The notes under the pieces: generated by a model | What the model was told of the DNA's origin: nothing | Databases searched by the model: none | Seen by the model: only the letters and a program-made list of their open reading frames with translations | Shown here: positions 1-10,137 of the stretch, one piece after another | Numbering within the stretch: the first letter of the stretch is position 1 | Layout: each line of letters opens with the position of its first letter | Position numbers and translations under genes: made by a program | NCBI GenBank assembly: GCA_012964275.1 | Contig: DTUG01000136.1 | Location: 1 to 42,048 of the forward strand | Source: Fidelibacterota bacterium | GTDB taxonomy: Bacteria > Fidelibacterota > Marinisomatia > Marinisomatales > UBA1611 | Reading direction: 5' to 3' | Length of the DNA stretch: 42,048 nt

Positions 1-1132
1 GATCTAAATTCACTAACCGATTGAGGTTTAACCCAGCTTTCTGTTTCATTCTCAGCATTTTCAAGGCGGATTCATTGATTCGTTGTTTGGAAATCCGACC
101 ATCCAGTACTGCTTTTTCAACCGCATTGATGGAGCCTTTAAAGTCGTAATTCTGGATAATTATATCACAGCCGGATTGCACAGCTGTTATTAGTGCAAAT
201 TCATCTGAATAATTCTTGGTAATACCACCCATCCCCATACCATCGGTGATGATAATTCCGTTAAAGTTGATCTTTTCCTTCAGAATGTCCGTCACCCAAA
301 ATTTAGACAGAGTTGCGGGATCATCTGCTTCGGGTTGGTAATCCGGTGCATGCACGTGTGAAACCATGACTGCATCAACTCCAGAATTAATTACAGCCTG
401 AAAAGGCTTTAATTCTAGTGACCAAAGCCGGGAAGAATCGCTGGGAATCATAGCCAATGACGAATGGGAATCTGTTTCTGTATCCCCATGACCGGGAAAA
501 TGTTTGGCTGTTGCCAGAACTCCATTGTCCTGGAGGCCTCGAATATACTGGACCGCATATTCACTCACCTGATCCGGATCTTCCCCAAAAGACCGTGTAT
601 TGATTATTGGATTCTCCGGATTATTGTTTACATCTACCACTGGAGAGAGATTCCAGTGAATCCCAACTGCCCGTGCTTCTAGTCCGACAATACGCCCGGA
701 ATCGTATGCGTTCTTGGGATTTCCAGTAGCTGTGATCGCCATCATAGGTGGCAAATCCGTACCGGATGGAAATCGTTCTTTAAGTCCTTTCTCTATATCC
801 GCATCAAATATTATGGGTATCTTTGATAATTCCTGCATTTTATTCATAATAACAAGGGAACTTGATCCGTCTCCAGCCCAGAGGTGGATGCCGCCAATCC
901 CATCGCTCTCAATCAAATTCATAATCTCTTCCCATTTTTCAATAGGAATATCCTTATAACTCATATTCATACGATAAATCATCATTTGGGCAATTTTTTC
1001 GCGGAGGGTTAGTCTCTTTAGCGTATGCTCTGCCCAGTGCGATGATGTACGCATTAACCCGGTACACCCTGTTGTAATAAACAGGACAAAAAGTAAACTC
1101 AGGTAATTAAGTCGGTATAGGTGAAACATCAT
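1..1132 (-). CDS. Glycoside hydrolase family 3 beta-N-acetylhexosaminidase (NagZ-like), probable lipoprotein; C-terminus runs off the window start
   Basis: Absent from the ORF track because no stop lies in the window. Manual minus-strand translation from the ATG at 1132 gives MMFHLYRLNYLSLLFVLFITTGC (lipobox-like) ... KHFPGHGDTETDSH ... FNGIIITDGMGMGGI. These match the GH3 His/Asp and nucleophile-Asp regions. The frame stays open to position 1. Confidence 0.8.
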   Translation of the reverse strand, partial: MMFHLYRLNYLSLLFVLFITTGCTGLMRTSSHWAEHTLKRLTLREKIAQMMIYRMNMSYKDIPIEKWEEIMNLIESDGIGGIHLWAGDGSSSLVIMNKMQELSKIPIIFDADIEKGLKERFPSGTDLPPMMAITATGNPKNAYDSGRIVGLEARAVGIHWNLSPVVDVNNNPENPIINTRSFGEDPDQVSEYAVQYIRGLQDNGVLATAKHFPGHGDTETDSHSSLAMIPSDSSRLWSLELKPFQAVINSGVDAVMVSHVHAPDYQPEADDPATLSKFWVTDILKEKINFNGIIITDGMGMGGITKNYSDEFALITAVQSGCDIIIQNYDFKGSINAVEKAVLDGRISKQRINESALKMLRMKQKAGLNLNRLVNLD

Positions 1133-1139
1133 AAAATGT

Positions 1140-1931
1140 TTACATCTGTTTCTTGAAGAAAACCATATGATAATCTAAGGCATCAATCCAGTAGGACCAT
1201 TGGTGTCCGCCCGGACGCTCTACATAATCATGTATAATACCATGAATCAACAATTCGGAATGTAAAGTTCTATTGATATCAATAAAAAAGTCATCTTCAC
1301 CACAGTCAATCATAATTGGAAACGATATACCCTTTAACGTTTTTACCATGCTCACAATGGAATTTTCATGCCACCGGTTAGGAAACTGTTCATATGAACC
1401 CAGTTTCTGTGATATCTCCCATTTTTTGGTGGAATAGGTTAGATCCACCCCTCCGCTCATACTGCCAACAGCGTTGAACGTGCCCGGGTTTCTCAGGGCT
1501 AAATAAAGAGCACCATGCCCCCCCATACTTAAACCGGTAATTGCAAGTTGATCAATCAAATATTTTTCCCTTAATTGCGGTATTAATTCTTTAATAAAGT
1601 AAGTTTCATATTGGCTGTTTAGATCAACCGGACTATCCAAGTACCAACTGTTCGTACTGCCATCAGGACAAATAATAATAAAATTAGATTCATCAGCTAT
1701 GCTATCCAGATTTGCATGTTTCTTCCAGTCAAGATAATTGCCACCGTATCCATGAAGCAGCATGACTGCCGAAGCGAATGTAATTTCATTTTCATATTCA
1801 TCGGGAATTACAATTAATGATGGAATTTTCTTTTTCATGGCATCACTAAAAACAACCAGAGTATCAATATCAGCACCATACGAAAAAACGGCCAGATATA
1901 TTATTAAGGTCACTAAAACTATTTTTTTCAT
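1140..1931 (-). CDS. Secreted esterase (esterase D / putative-esterase family, alpha/beta hydrolase)
   Basis: 263-aa ORF with an N-terminal signal peptide (MKKIVLVTLIIYLAVFSYG), the nucleophile elbow GLSMGGHGAL, and HGYGGN...DW typical of the esterase D-like family. Confidence 0.7.
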   Translation of the reverse strand: MKKIVLVTLIIYLAVFSYGADIDTLVVFSDAMKKKIPSLIVIPDEYENEITFASAVMLLHGYGGNYLDWKKHANLDSIADESNFIIICPDGSTNSWYLDSPVDLNSQYETYFIKELIPQLREKYLIDQLAITGLSMGGHGALYLALRNPGTFNAVGSMSGGVDLTYSTKKWEISQKLGSYEQFPNRWHENSIVSMVKTLKGISFPIMIDCGEDDFFIDINRTLHSELLIHGIIHDYVERPGGHQWSYWIDALDYHMVFFKKQM

Positions 1932-2185
1932 TATTTATTAATTTTTTTAAGAAAATATCTCAAATCTGTCTATCATCTTTCTTTAGTTTACACAGATGGA
2001 ATCTGAATACTGAAGCGGAAGATTAAACATATGTATCAATTAATTATTTTTTTTGTATAATTAGTGATTGAAAGGTATCCAAGAAGATTGATACACAATA
2101 CCTATTCCATGTCTATTTATTTGGAAACACGAATATTCTTTTTAAAAGTTTTCTAATTCCTACGAAGGTTTAAGTTGATAAAAAT

Positions 2186-3754
2186 ATGACCCATAATTCA
2201 AATTTAACCATCACCTGCATTTTTCACCTTCCGGAAAATAGTATTAAACAAATACAGATCAGAGAAGGGATATGGAAACCTTTAAAAATCGGTTCTTCAT
2301 ATACTGTCCAATGGGTGGCACTGGGGAAAAAGGAAAGCAGTCCTCAATGGTTTAAAGGCACTTGGATAGATTCTATTAATGATACCGAACTTTCCCCAGT
2401 TTTAAATCGGGCTTTTGAGCAATCCCAAGGTTCCCTAATACTCTATATTGATAATTCGGAAAATGAAGTTTCTCTGAAAAATTCTTGTGCTAACTTATTT
2501 CTGCTCGCAGCAGAACGATATCCTAATACGGGAATATTCTATGGCGATTATGACTTGCTATCCGGAGATGAAAAATATCCAATACGATTGTTAAAACACC
2601 ATTCCGGTCGGGTACGAGATAATCAGGACCACGGAAAAATATTTTTATTTCGAAAGGGAATTTTTGACCAAACTAGCGGGTTTGATCAAACGTTAAAATA
2701 CCATGCTTTATATGATATTCGCCTGAAAATGTCTGAACGAGCGGCAATCACCCATATCTCCAACAAAAAAAAAGGTAGCTTATATGAAGTAGCCGCAGCT
2801 AAAAAAGATGCAAATGTCTTTGATTACCTTATGGAAGAAAAAGATAGTCAGTTAGAAGCGGAGTCTGTATTTACAAACCATTTGAAGCGAACCGGTGCTT
2901 TTCTTGCCCCACATAAGTTTATTAACAATCGCCCCCTTCCGTGCCACGATCCCACACTAAAAGCAAGTGTAATTATCCCAGTAAATAATCGCCCTGAATT
3001 CATTGGCATTGCTTTGGAAAGCTGTCTGAATCAATCTGTGCAAAACATTGAAGTTGTTGTGGTGGTCAACGGCGGCGATGATGACCCTACTATAGGGGCC
3101 GTAAAACGATACCAAAAAGGTGGAGATAAATACGTAAATGGGCAAGCTGATATTTGCCTTGAAGTGGTGGATATCAACAATATTGGCTTTTGCCTGAATA
3201 TGGGCGTGTCCATTGCCAAAGGAGAATTTTATGTTCAATTGGATTCTGATGACCGATTAAAACAAAATGCCATAGAGAAAATCCTTGAAATGTTCGATTC
3301 AGATCCAGAGATTGGTATCGTAATCGGAAGTTATAATGTGTGGGAACTGGAAAACGATGGTACTCTTGTTCGCAAGAACGAAATTCCCACTGTCACTCAT
3401 GATGAATGGACAAAAGAAAATGGGCGCAATAACCTGTTGCGTGTCGGAGGTGCCGGTGCACCGCGCTCTATACCCATTCAGTTGATCAAGGATGTCGGTT
3501 ACTTTGGGATGAATGAGGAGCCTTTCTCTCGGAATTACGCAGAAGATTATGAACTGGTTATACGTATCAGTGAATGCTATCGGGTGGGTCGTATTTTCGA
3601 TCCTATTTATGACGTCATTCGTCACCCTGGCGGTACTGACCATAGCATTGATCAAGAGACAATCGACCGCAATGATGAGGCCAAGGATTGGATGCGAAAG
3701 ATAGCTCTGGAGCGACGCATTAAACTAAATCAATCTCAGAATGAGTTCAGCTAA
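2186..3754 (+). CDS. Family 2 glycosyltransferase with a ~260-aa N-terminal extension of unknown function
   Basis: The C-terminal half carries GT2 signatures: ASVIIPVNNRPEFIGIALESCLNQS ... VVVVNGGDD ... YVQLDSDD. The N-terminal half has no motif I recognise. Overlaps the next gene by 14 nt. Confidence 0.7.
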   Translation: MTHNSNLTITCIFHLPENSIKQIQIREGIWKPLKIGSSYTVQWVALGKKESSPQWFKGTWIDSINDTELSPVLNRAFEQSQGSLILYIDNSENEVSLKNSCANLFLLAAERYPNTGIFYGDYDLLSGDEKYPIRLLKHHSGRVRDNQDHGKIFLFRKGIFDQTSGFDQTLKYHALYDIRLKMSERAAITHISNKKKGSLYEVAAAKKDANVFDYLMEEKDSQLEAESVFTNHLKRTGAFLAPHKFINNRPLPCHDPTLKASVIIPVNNRPEFIGIALESCLNQSVQNIEVVVVVNGGDDDPTIGAVKRYQKGGDKYVNGQADICLEVVDINNIGFCLNMGVSIAKGEFYVQLDSDDRLKQNAIEKILEMFDSDPEIGIVIGSYNVWELENDGTLVRKNEIPTVTHDEWTKENGRNNLLRVGGAGAPRSIPIQLIKDVGYFGMNEEPFSRNYAEDYELVIRISECYRVGRIFDPIYDVIRHPGGTDHSIDQETIDRNDEAKDWMRKIALERRIKLNQSQNEFS

Positions 3755-4928
3755 AACTCGATTGCTGGGACTGGATGGCGGAGCTTCCAAGGTTCGCGGT
3801 TCGGAAATCAGCCCCACACCAAGAGGGTTTGAATTTGAAGGTGTTCCAGTTGAAAATGAATATCGGAATCATCCGGACCATTTTAAAGATTATTCTCCTG
3901 TCGATATTGATCAGCAATTAAGTGAAAAAAAATCCGGAAAAATCAATCTGCGAAAAGATGAAATAAAGTATGGGCATGTCATCACGGATACTATTGTTAA
4001 AACTATTGTCGATCTGGTTGGCCAAAAATCCGGTCCCTGGATTATCGGACTTGGGTTCCCTGGTTTGAAAACCGAAAATAACCGCGGTATAGCTGCCATG
4101 ACTAATGGACCCCGCCTCCCTCATCTGACATCTGATATCGAGATTAAATTGAAATATGAACAAATAGATTTACTCAATCCAATTCATCAATTGGGTAGTG
4201 ATGCAGATTATTGCGGTTTGGGTGAGGAACACGGTACTGGCGGACTGTTCAAAAACATAGATAATGCATATTATATTGGCGGGGGTACAGGTGTGGCAGA
4301 CGCACTAAAACTTCATGGTAAACTTGTTCCGTTGAACAATACGCAGGATTGGCTCCGCAAATCATGGGAGATGAAGATTGGTGGATTCTCGTTTGAAAGT
4401 ATCTTATCTGTTCGAGGAATTCAAAAGCAATATTCACTGAAAGCAGGTGTACATATTCATGAGTTATCAGAAAAAGGCATATACGCGCAACAAATCCTTC
4501 AGCAAGCTCAAAATAATAACCAACAGGCAATAGACACTCTGTGTGAAACGGGGAAAACATTGGGAATGCTTCTTTTTGAGCGGATAGAAACTATCGCTTG
4601 CGGATGGCAGAATCGGTTCGAGTTTATCAACGTAAAACGTAACCATTTGTTCCCAGACCATAGTTATTTAGGTACAATTTTAGAGCGAGGGATTATTGGT
4701 CAAAGGTTGGGATCTCTGCTCCAACTAGATCTAGATTCACGAATCATTTGGGAAGAATTGGAAAACACTCTTTCTTTAATGATAGGCAAAACTGAAAATC
4801 TTCCAGAACCGTTCAAACTCAACTTCAAACCTAAAAATTTTATTCGTATTTCTTCTCTGAGGAATGCGCCAGTTCTGGGCGCTGCTGTAGATGCGTGGAA
4901 TACATTTTTGAAGGACACCGATGCTTGA
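3741..4928 (+). CDS. BadF/BadG/BcrA/BcrD-type ATPase, N-acetylglucosamine/MurNAc-kinase-like sugar kinase
   Basis: N-terminal phosphate-1 motif LGLDGGASKVRG, GLGFPG, and the adenosine motif YYIGGGTGVAD. Overlaps both neighbours, which fits an operon. Confidence 0.65.
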   Translation: MSSAKTRLLGLDGGASKVRGSEISPTPRGFEFEGVPVENEYRNHPDHFKDYSPVDIDQQLSEKKSGKINLRKDEIKYGHVITDTIVKTIVDLVGQKSGPWIIGLGFPGLKTENNRGIAAMTNGPRLPHLTSDIEIKLKYEQIDLLNPIHQLGSDADYCGLGEEHGTGGLFKNIDNAYYIGGGTGVADALKLHGKLVPLNNTQDWLRKSWEMKIGGFSFESILSVRGIQKQYSLKAGVHIHELSEKGIYAQQILQQAQNNNQQAIDTLCETGKTLGMLLFERIETIACGWQNRFEFINVKRNHLFPDHSYLGTILERGIIGQRLGSLLQLDLDSRIIWEELENTLSLMIGKTENLPEPFKLNFKPKNFIRISSLRNAPVLGAAVDAWNTFLKDTDA

Positions 4929-6240
4929 AAAAGGTGTAATTCCCAATCAGGAGCCTTTAGTTAGCGTAGGAATTCATCTGCCTCAAGACAAATTCAATGC
5001 CACGACTATTTCATTCACTGATCCAAAACTGTTTGAAATTACCATAAATGGCAATCCAATATCGATCCAATCTGAATTAAAACTTAAAGTCAAGGATGGA
5101 TATATAGAAAATGAGGCAGCAAGTATTGTAAATATTTCCCAATTATCCATATTAAGAAAAGATCAATGTCTATCTGAGAACCAAGGACTTATTATTCATT
5201 CCGTAGTTGCCGGAAGAGGCTTTCATTGGCAGAAAGAAATATCAGTTCAATTACCAGGACATGTTATAATAGAGGTTCGAGATGACTTTCTATTTACAGT
5301 AAACGAAGTACCACTGGAACAATACCTCATTTGTGTTGCTACATCGGAAATGAGTGCTAATTGCCCCGATGCATTATTGGAAGCCCAAACCATTGCAGCT
5401 CGTTCCTGGGTTTTAGCAGCATCAGAGAAAAAACATGCTGACCTTGGCCTGGATGCTTGTAATGATGATTGCTGCCAGCGTTACCAAGGTATCGGTAGCC
5501 GATCGCCATCAGCAAAAAAGGCATCATTAAGCACTCGAGGAAAGGTCTTAATAGTTAATGAACAAATATGCGATACCCGATATTCTAAGTGCTGTGGTGG
5601 CAGAACAGAAGACAATGAATTGACTTGGAAAACTGAACAGAAATCGTACCTACGATCGGTTTTTGATGGTCCTGAAGAAATAAAAAATAATTTATCCAAT
5701 GAAAATGTTGTGAAATCCTGGATTGAGTCACAACACGGTTGTTATTGCGGACCAAAATATGTATCTGCCAATGATATAAATGAATACCTAGGGGAAGTTG
5801 ATAAAATAGATAATTATTACCGCTGGTCGGTGCATTACACCCAAAGAGAAATTGTAAATCTTATTTCAGAAAAGACCGGGAATTACTTTGATTTCATTTC
5901 AGCCATGATACCTATTCTCAGAGGCAAATCGGGGCGAATTATGGAACTCAGAATTGATGGTATTGTGAATGGTGATAATTCTAGTATCATGCTTAAATCA
6001 GAATATGAAATCCGTAGAGTGCTCCACCCTGATTTTTTATATAGTTCTGCATTTATCATTGAAACAAATTCAAGCGTAGGCAAAGAGCAATTACAGTTCA
6101 CTCTGCACGGCGCTGGATGGGGTCATGGTGTAGGCTTATGCCAGATCGGTGCTTTGGGAATGGCTTTAGCTGGCTATGATTCAAAGACCATTTTAGCTCA
6201 TTATTATCAGTCATCAGAATTGATAAATATTTATGATTGA
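4921..6240 (+). CDS. SpoIID/LytB domain protein (lytic transglycosylase / amidase-enhancer family)
   Basis: LEQYLICVATSEMSANCPDALLEAQTIAARSW, CNDDCCQRYQG and GHGVGLCQIGALGMA are characteristic SpoIID/LytB motifs. Confidence 0.75.
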   Translation: MLEKGVIPNQEPLVSVGIHLPQDKFNATTISFTDPKLFEITINGNPISIQSELKLKVKDGYIENEAASIVNISQLSILRKDQCLSENQGLIIHSVVAGRGFHWQKEISVQLPGHVIIEVRDDFLFTVNEVPLEQYLICVATSEMSANCPDALLEAQTIAARSWVLAASEKKHADLGLDACNDDCCQRYQGIGSRSPSAKKASLSTRGKVLIVNEQICDTRYSKCCGGRTEDNELTWKTEQKSYLRSVFDGPEEIKNNLSNENVVKSWIESQHGCYCGPKYVSANDINEYLGEVDKIDNYYRWSVHYTQREIVNLISEKTGNYFDFISAMIPILRGKSGRIMELRIDGIVNGDNSSIMLKSEYEIRRVLHPDFLYSSAFIIETNSSVGKEQLQFTLHGAGWGHGVGLCQIGALGMALAGYDSKTILAHYYQSSELINIYD

Positions 6241-8074
6241 AGCACCACAACTTCACTGGATCGACTGGGCCATTATACTGGTTTATCTGATCTTTTCCAT
6301 TGGGGTTGGTGTGTATTTTTCCCGCCGCGCTGGTTCCAGTACAGAAGAATATTTTCTTTCCGGAAGAATATTACCCTGGTGGATAGTGGGTACATCCATG
6401 GTAGCAACAACATTTGCTGCAGATACGCCGCTGGCCATAACTGAATTCGTTCGCGGACCCGGCATTTGGCAAAACTGGTTTTGGTGGAATATGTTATTGG
6501 GAGGATTATTAGGTGTATTTCTTTTTTCAAGGCTCTGGCGAAGAGCTGAAGTCCTTACAGATAATGAACTGTGTGAACTTCGTTATAGCGGTAAACCGGC
6601 AGCTTTCCTTAGAGTATTCAAGGCTGGTTATTTTGCCATTTTATATAACTTTATTGTTATGGGCTGGGTTATTAATGCCATGGCAGCTATCGTATCCGTA
6701 GTTCTGGATATGGATCGTTGGACTGCCGTTTGGATCTGTGTAGCCATTGCTTTGATCTATGCTATTCTCTCTGGATTCTGGGGTGTGGTCATTACAGATT
6801 TTGTACAGTTTTGTATCGCTATGTTCGGATCCATCGTGCTGGCAATCATTGCGGTAAATCACATTGGCGGTATGGATATACTACTGAATAAAATTAATAC
6901 TTTGGCAATAAACAGTGATGTAGCACATGATACAACATTGAATTTCATCCCGCCCATACCAGACACTGGAATAACAACAATTGGATTCTGGGAATCACCC
7001 TTTTCCAAATTTCTGGTTTTTATTACAATAATGTGGTGGAGTCACCATGGCACCGATGGAGGCGGTTATATTATTCAGCGAATGTCCTCTGCCAAGAATG
7101 AACGACATGCTCTAATCGCCACCCTTTGGTATAACCTGGCGCATTACGCTCTTCGAGTATGGCCTTGGGTAGTGGTCGCCATGGTGTCAATTGTTATGTT
7201 CCCGCAGATTCCAAATGATTTCCAAGACCTTGGAGTAAAAGTCGGATATCCATTGGTGATGAACCAGTTACTGGGACCTGGATTAAAAGGAGTCCTGATT
7301 GTATCATTTTTAGCCGCTTTTATGTCAACAATCGATACACATCTGAATTGGGGCGCATCATACCTGATAAATGACATCTATAAACGTTTCATTAAAAAAG
7401 ATGGGAATGAAAAACATTATGTTTTTGCTGGGAAAATCATTACGGTACTACTTATGATAGTGGCAGCATTTGTTGCTTTAAAAATGCAGAGTATCTCCAA
7501 AGCCTGGGAATTCATATATGCAATGGGTGCTGGAATAGGTTTGGTGCTTATCCTGCGCTGGTTCTGGTGGCGAATTAATGCCTGGAGTGAGATAACCGCA
7601 CTAGCAACATCTTTTCTCATGACAATTGTACTTGAAATTATTGCCGCAGTACAAACAATCTCTTCTGGCGGAGTCTACGTGCTGTTTGAAAAAGCACCTG
7701 TTTTGTTTGGAATGACCTTGCAGGTGCATCACAAATTGCTAATCATTGTACCGTGTGCCATTATATCCTGGGTTACAGTTACTTTTCTAACAGAACCCGA
7801 ACCTTTTGACCGTTTAACAGCATTTTACCAAAAGGTTCAGCCAGGTGGTTGGTGGCAACCAGTTATAGGTAATATTGATCATACTCTGCAACCCGTCAGC
7901 AGTGGTTTTTTTCCACAATGGATCGCAGGAATCATGATGATCTATGGTGCCACTTTTGGCATTGGCAATATTGTATTTGGACAGATGCAGAACGCTGTAC
8001 TCCTGTTCACTATTGCTGGAATTGGTTTCTATTTTGTTTGGAATAAAACAATCAAAGAATTGGATCATCAATGA
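6233..8074 (+). CDS. Sodium:solute symporter (SSS) family transporter
   Basis: 613-aa polytopic membrane protein. SGRILPWWIVGTSMVATTFAADTPL matches the SSS N-terminal signature. 8-nt and 4-nt overlaps with the flanking genes. Confidence 0.75.
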   Translation: MIEAPQLHWIDWAIILVYLIFSIGVGVYFSRRAGSSTEEYFLSGRILPWWIVGTSMVATTFAADTPLAITEFVRGPGIWQNWFWWNMLLGGLLGVFLFSRLWRRAEVLTDNELCELRYSGKPAAFLRVFKAGYFAILYNFIVMGWVINAMAAIVSVVLDMDRWTAVWICVAIALIYAILSGFWGVVITDFVQFCIAMFGSIVLAIIAVNHIGGMDILLNKINTLAINSDVAHDTTLNFIPPIPDTGITTIGFWESPFSKFLVFITIMWWSHHGTDGGGYIIQRMSSAKNERHALIATLWYNLAHYALRVWPWVVVAMVSIVMFPQIPNDFQDLGVKVGYPLVMNQLLGPGLKGVLIVSFLAAFMSTIDTHLNWGASYLINDIYKRFIKKDGNEKHYVFAGKIITVLLMIVAAFVALKMQSISKAWEFIYAMGAGIGLVLILRWFWWRINAWSEITALATSFLMTIVLEIIAAVQTISSGGVYVLFEKAPVLFGMTLQVHHKLLIIVPCAIISWVTVTFLTEPEPFDRLTAFYQKVQPGGWWQPVIGNIDHTLQPVSSGFFPQWIAGIMMIYGATFGIGNIVFGQMQNAVLLFTIAGIGFYFVWNKTIKELDHQ

Positions 8075-9183
8075 CAAGTCCCAGACGTATTTATGCCATT
8101 GACATTTTTCGGGGTATGACTATCGCACTAATGATCCTAGTAAATAATCCTGGTAGTTGGGCCCACGTTTACCCTCCATTACTCCATGCAAAATGGCATG
8201 GCTGCACACTGACCGATCTGGTTTTTCCCTTTTTCCTATTTATTGTGGGTACAGCCATGCGCTTTGCCTTTGTCCGCTGGCATTATTACCCATCCAAAGA
8301 ATTTTTTATCCATGTGTTCTGGCGAACCTTTTCCATCTTTATGGCAGGTTGGCTTATCCATGCATATCCATTTATCCGCCAGGATTGGGACTGGAGCACA
8401 TTCCGCATAATGGGAGTGCTGCAGCGTATTGCCTTGGCGTATGGTATCACAGCAATCCTGGTAATGTATCTTGACTTTCGAAAACTCTTGATAGCTGGGA
8501 CCGGGATACTTGTTTTTTATTGGGGACTGCTCTGGATCGGAGGTGGTGGTGACCCTTATGGATTAGAAATCAACATGGCCCGAAAGATTGATTTAATGAT
8601 TCTAGGTGAAACACATCTCTATGGCGGCACAGGCATTCCTTTTGACCCGGAAGGATTGCTAAGCACTCTACCGGCAATTGTAACAGTGATTCTTGGGTAC
8701 CTGGTAGGCGGAATGCTCCATACAACAAAAGACTTTTTAGATAATATAAAACGGATGGCGATTTGGGGAAGTGGTTTAATAGTAAGCGGATGGATATGGG
8801 GATTCATTTTTCCCATAAATAAACAACTCTGGACCAGTTCTTACGTGCTTTTCACTTCCGGAATCGCTACACTGACACTTGCGATTTTGGTTTGGATGGT
8901 TGACATTCAAAAGTGGAAAAATCAATTTTGGGTTTTCGAAATATTTGGGACCAATTCTATTTTTCTTTTTGTTATGTCAGGCCTTTGGACAAAAACTATA
9001 TTAAAAATAAAATTTGATCTTGAAGGACAGTTAACATCAGGGTATTCTTATTTATATGAAACTTTGTTTGTGCCCGTTGCGGGAAATTTAAATGGGTCCT
9101 TCCTGTTCGCACTTACCCACGTAGTTGGCTGGTGGCTGGTTCTGTATTGGCTGTACCGTAAAGAGATTTTCATAAAACTCTAA
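8071..9183 (+). CDS. DUF5009/DUF1624 membrane protein (heparan-alpha-glucosaminide N-acetyltransferase-like, NagX-like)
   Basis: RIYAIDIFRGMTIALMILVNNPGSW plus about 10 TM segments is typical of the HGSNAT/NagX family. Confidence 0.65.
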   Translation: MTSPRRIYAIDIFRGMTIALMILVNNPGSWAHVYPPLLHAKWHGCTLTDLVFPFFLFIVGTAMRFAFVRWHYYPSKEFFIHVFWRTFSIFMAGWLIHAYPFIRQDWDWSTFRIMGVLQRIALAYGITAILVMYLDFRKLLIAGTGILVFYWGLLWIGGGGDPYGLEINMARKIDLMILGETHLYGGTGIPFDPEGLLSTLPAIVTVILGYLVGGMLHTTKDFLDNIKRMAIWGSGLIVSGWIWGFIFPINKQLWTSSYVLFTSGIATLTLAILVWMVDIQKWKNQFWVFEIFGTNSIFLFVMSGLWTKTILKIKFDLEGQLTSGYSYLYETLFVPVAGNLNGSFLFALTHVVGWWLVLYWLYRKEIFIKL

Positions 9184-9191
9184 TTCATATT

Positions 9192-10121
9192 TTGATCAGG
9201 TTATCATTAACCATACTTGTATTAGGTTCGCTGGCTTTTGGATCAGAGTTTAATGATACACCCAAGGATAAACCTTATGCAGTAGTTTTAGGTATCGCTC
9301 AGGATGGCGGGTATCCCCATGCGGGGTGCATGAAACTCTGCTGTAGAGATTTATGGGATAACACAAGACCCAAAGAAAAAGTGGCCAGCATCGCCATTAT
9401 TGACCCACGCACCAGACTGGCCTGGATCATTGATGCAACCCCTGACTTTCCCGAGCAATTACATACAGTAACGCAAAAGCACGGTGCCAGATTAGCAGGG
9501 ATCTTTATCACTCATGCTCACATTGGTCACTATACTGGGTTGATGCATTTGGGACGTGAAGTCATGGGCGCCAGAAATATAACTGTTTATGCCATGCCAA
9601 GAATGAAACGATTCCTGGAAAATAATGGCCCCTGGAGCCAGCTAGTAAAGCTAAAAAATATTCACCTGAATCCGATTATGGACCAACAAGAAATTATCCT
9701 GGGCAAGCAATTGATTATTGAACCTTTTCGAGTACCTCACCGAGATGAATTTTCTGAAACAGTAGGATTCACTATCGTTGGACCAAATGAGTCGTTGATC
9801 TATATCCCCGATATTGACAAATGGGAACGCTGGGAGCACAATATTAGCCTATGGATTGAACAACATAGCTATGCACTTCTTGATGGTTCTTTTTATTCCA
9901 TAGGCGAACTTACAAATCGCAACATAGATGAGATTCCACATCCTTTCATTTTGGAAAGTATATATCACTTTAGCAACCTTTTAGATAAAGATCGCCGGAA
10001 AATACATTTTATACATTTTAACCACACAAACCCAGCTCTGAATAAGCAATCGGCTACATCCTATAACATAGTAAAAGAAGGGTATCACACTGCCAGGGAA
10101 GGAATGATTTTTCCATTTTGA
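9192..10121 (+). CDS. Secreted MBL-fold metallo-hydrolase (PqqB-like subgroup)
   Basis: TTG start, signal peptide MIRLSLTILVLGSLAFG, the metal motif ITHAHIGHYTGL, and later HRDE / HFNH. Confidence 0.6.
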   Translation: MIRLSLTILVLGSLAFGSEFNDTPKDKPYAVVLGIAQDGGYPHAGCMKLCCRDLWDNTRPKEKVASIAIIDPRTRLAWIIDATPDFPEQLHTVTQKHGARLAGIFITHAHIGHYTGLMHLGREVMGARNITVYAMPRMKRFLENNGPWSQLVKLKNIHLNPIMDQQEIILGKQLIIEPFRVPHRDEFSETVGFTIVGPNESLIYIPDIDKWERWEHNISLWIEQHSYALLDGSFYSIGELTNRNIDEIPHPFILESIYHFSNLLDKDRRKIHFIHFNHTNPALNKQSATSYNIVKEGYHTAREGMIFPF

Positions 10122-10137
10122 ATGAAGGAGCAATGAA

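Noticed and set aside
2032-2095. 9-bp inverted repeat TGTATCAAT ... ATTGATACA (46-nt spacer) in the esterase/GT2 divergent promoter region
   Set aside because: It is short and AT-rich in an AT-rich intergenic region, so chance occurrence is plausible. The spacer is too long for a single operator and no supporting second copy was seen.
2957-3655. Antisense ORFs (93, 62, 118 aa) inside the GT2 gene. Similar antisense or alternate-frame ORFs occur inside other long genes (e.g. 8157-8474, 11263-12465, 15408-15993, 40240-41429).
   Set aside because: All are embedded in genes with clear family motifs on the other strand or frame. Their translations are low-complexity mirror artefacts with no recognisable domains.
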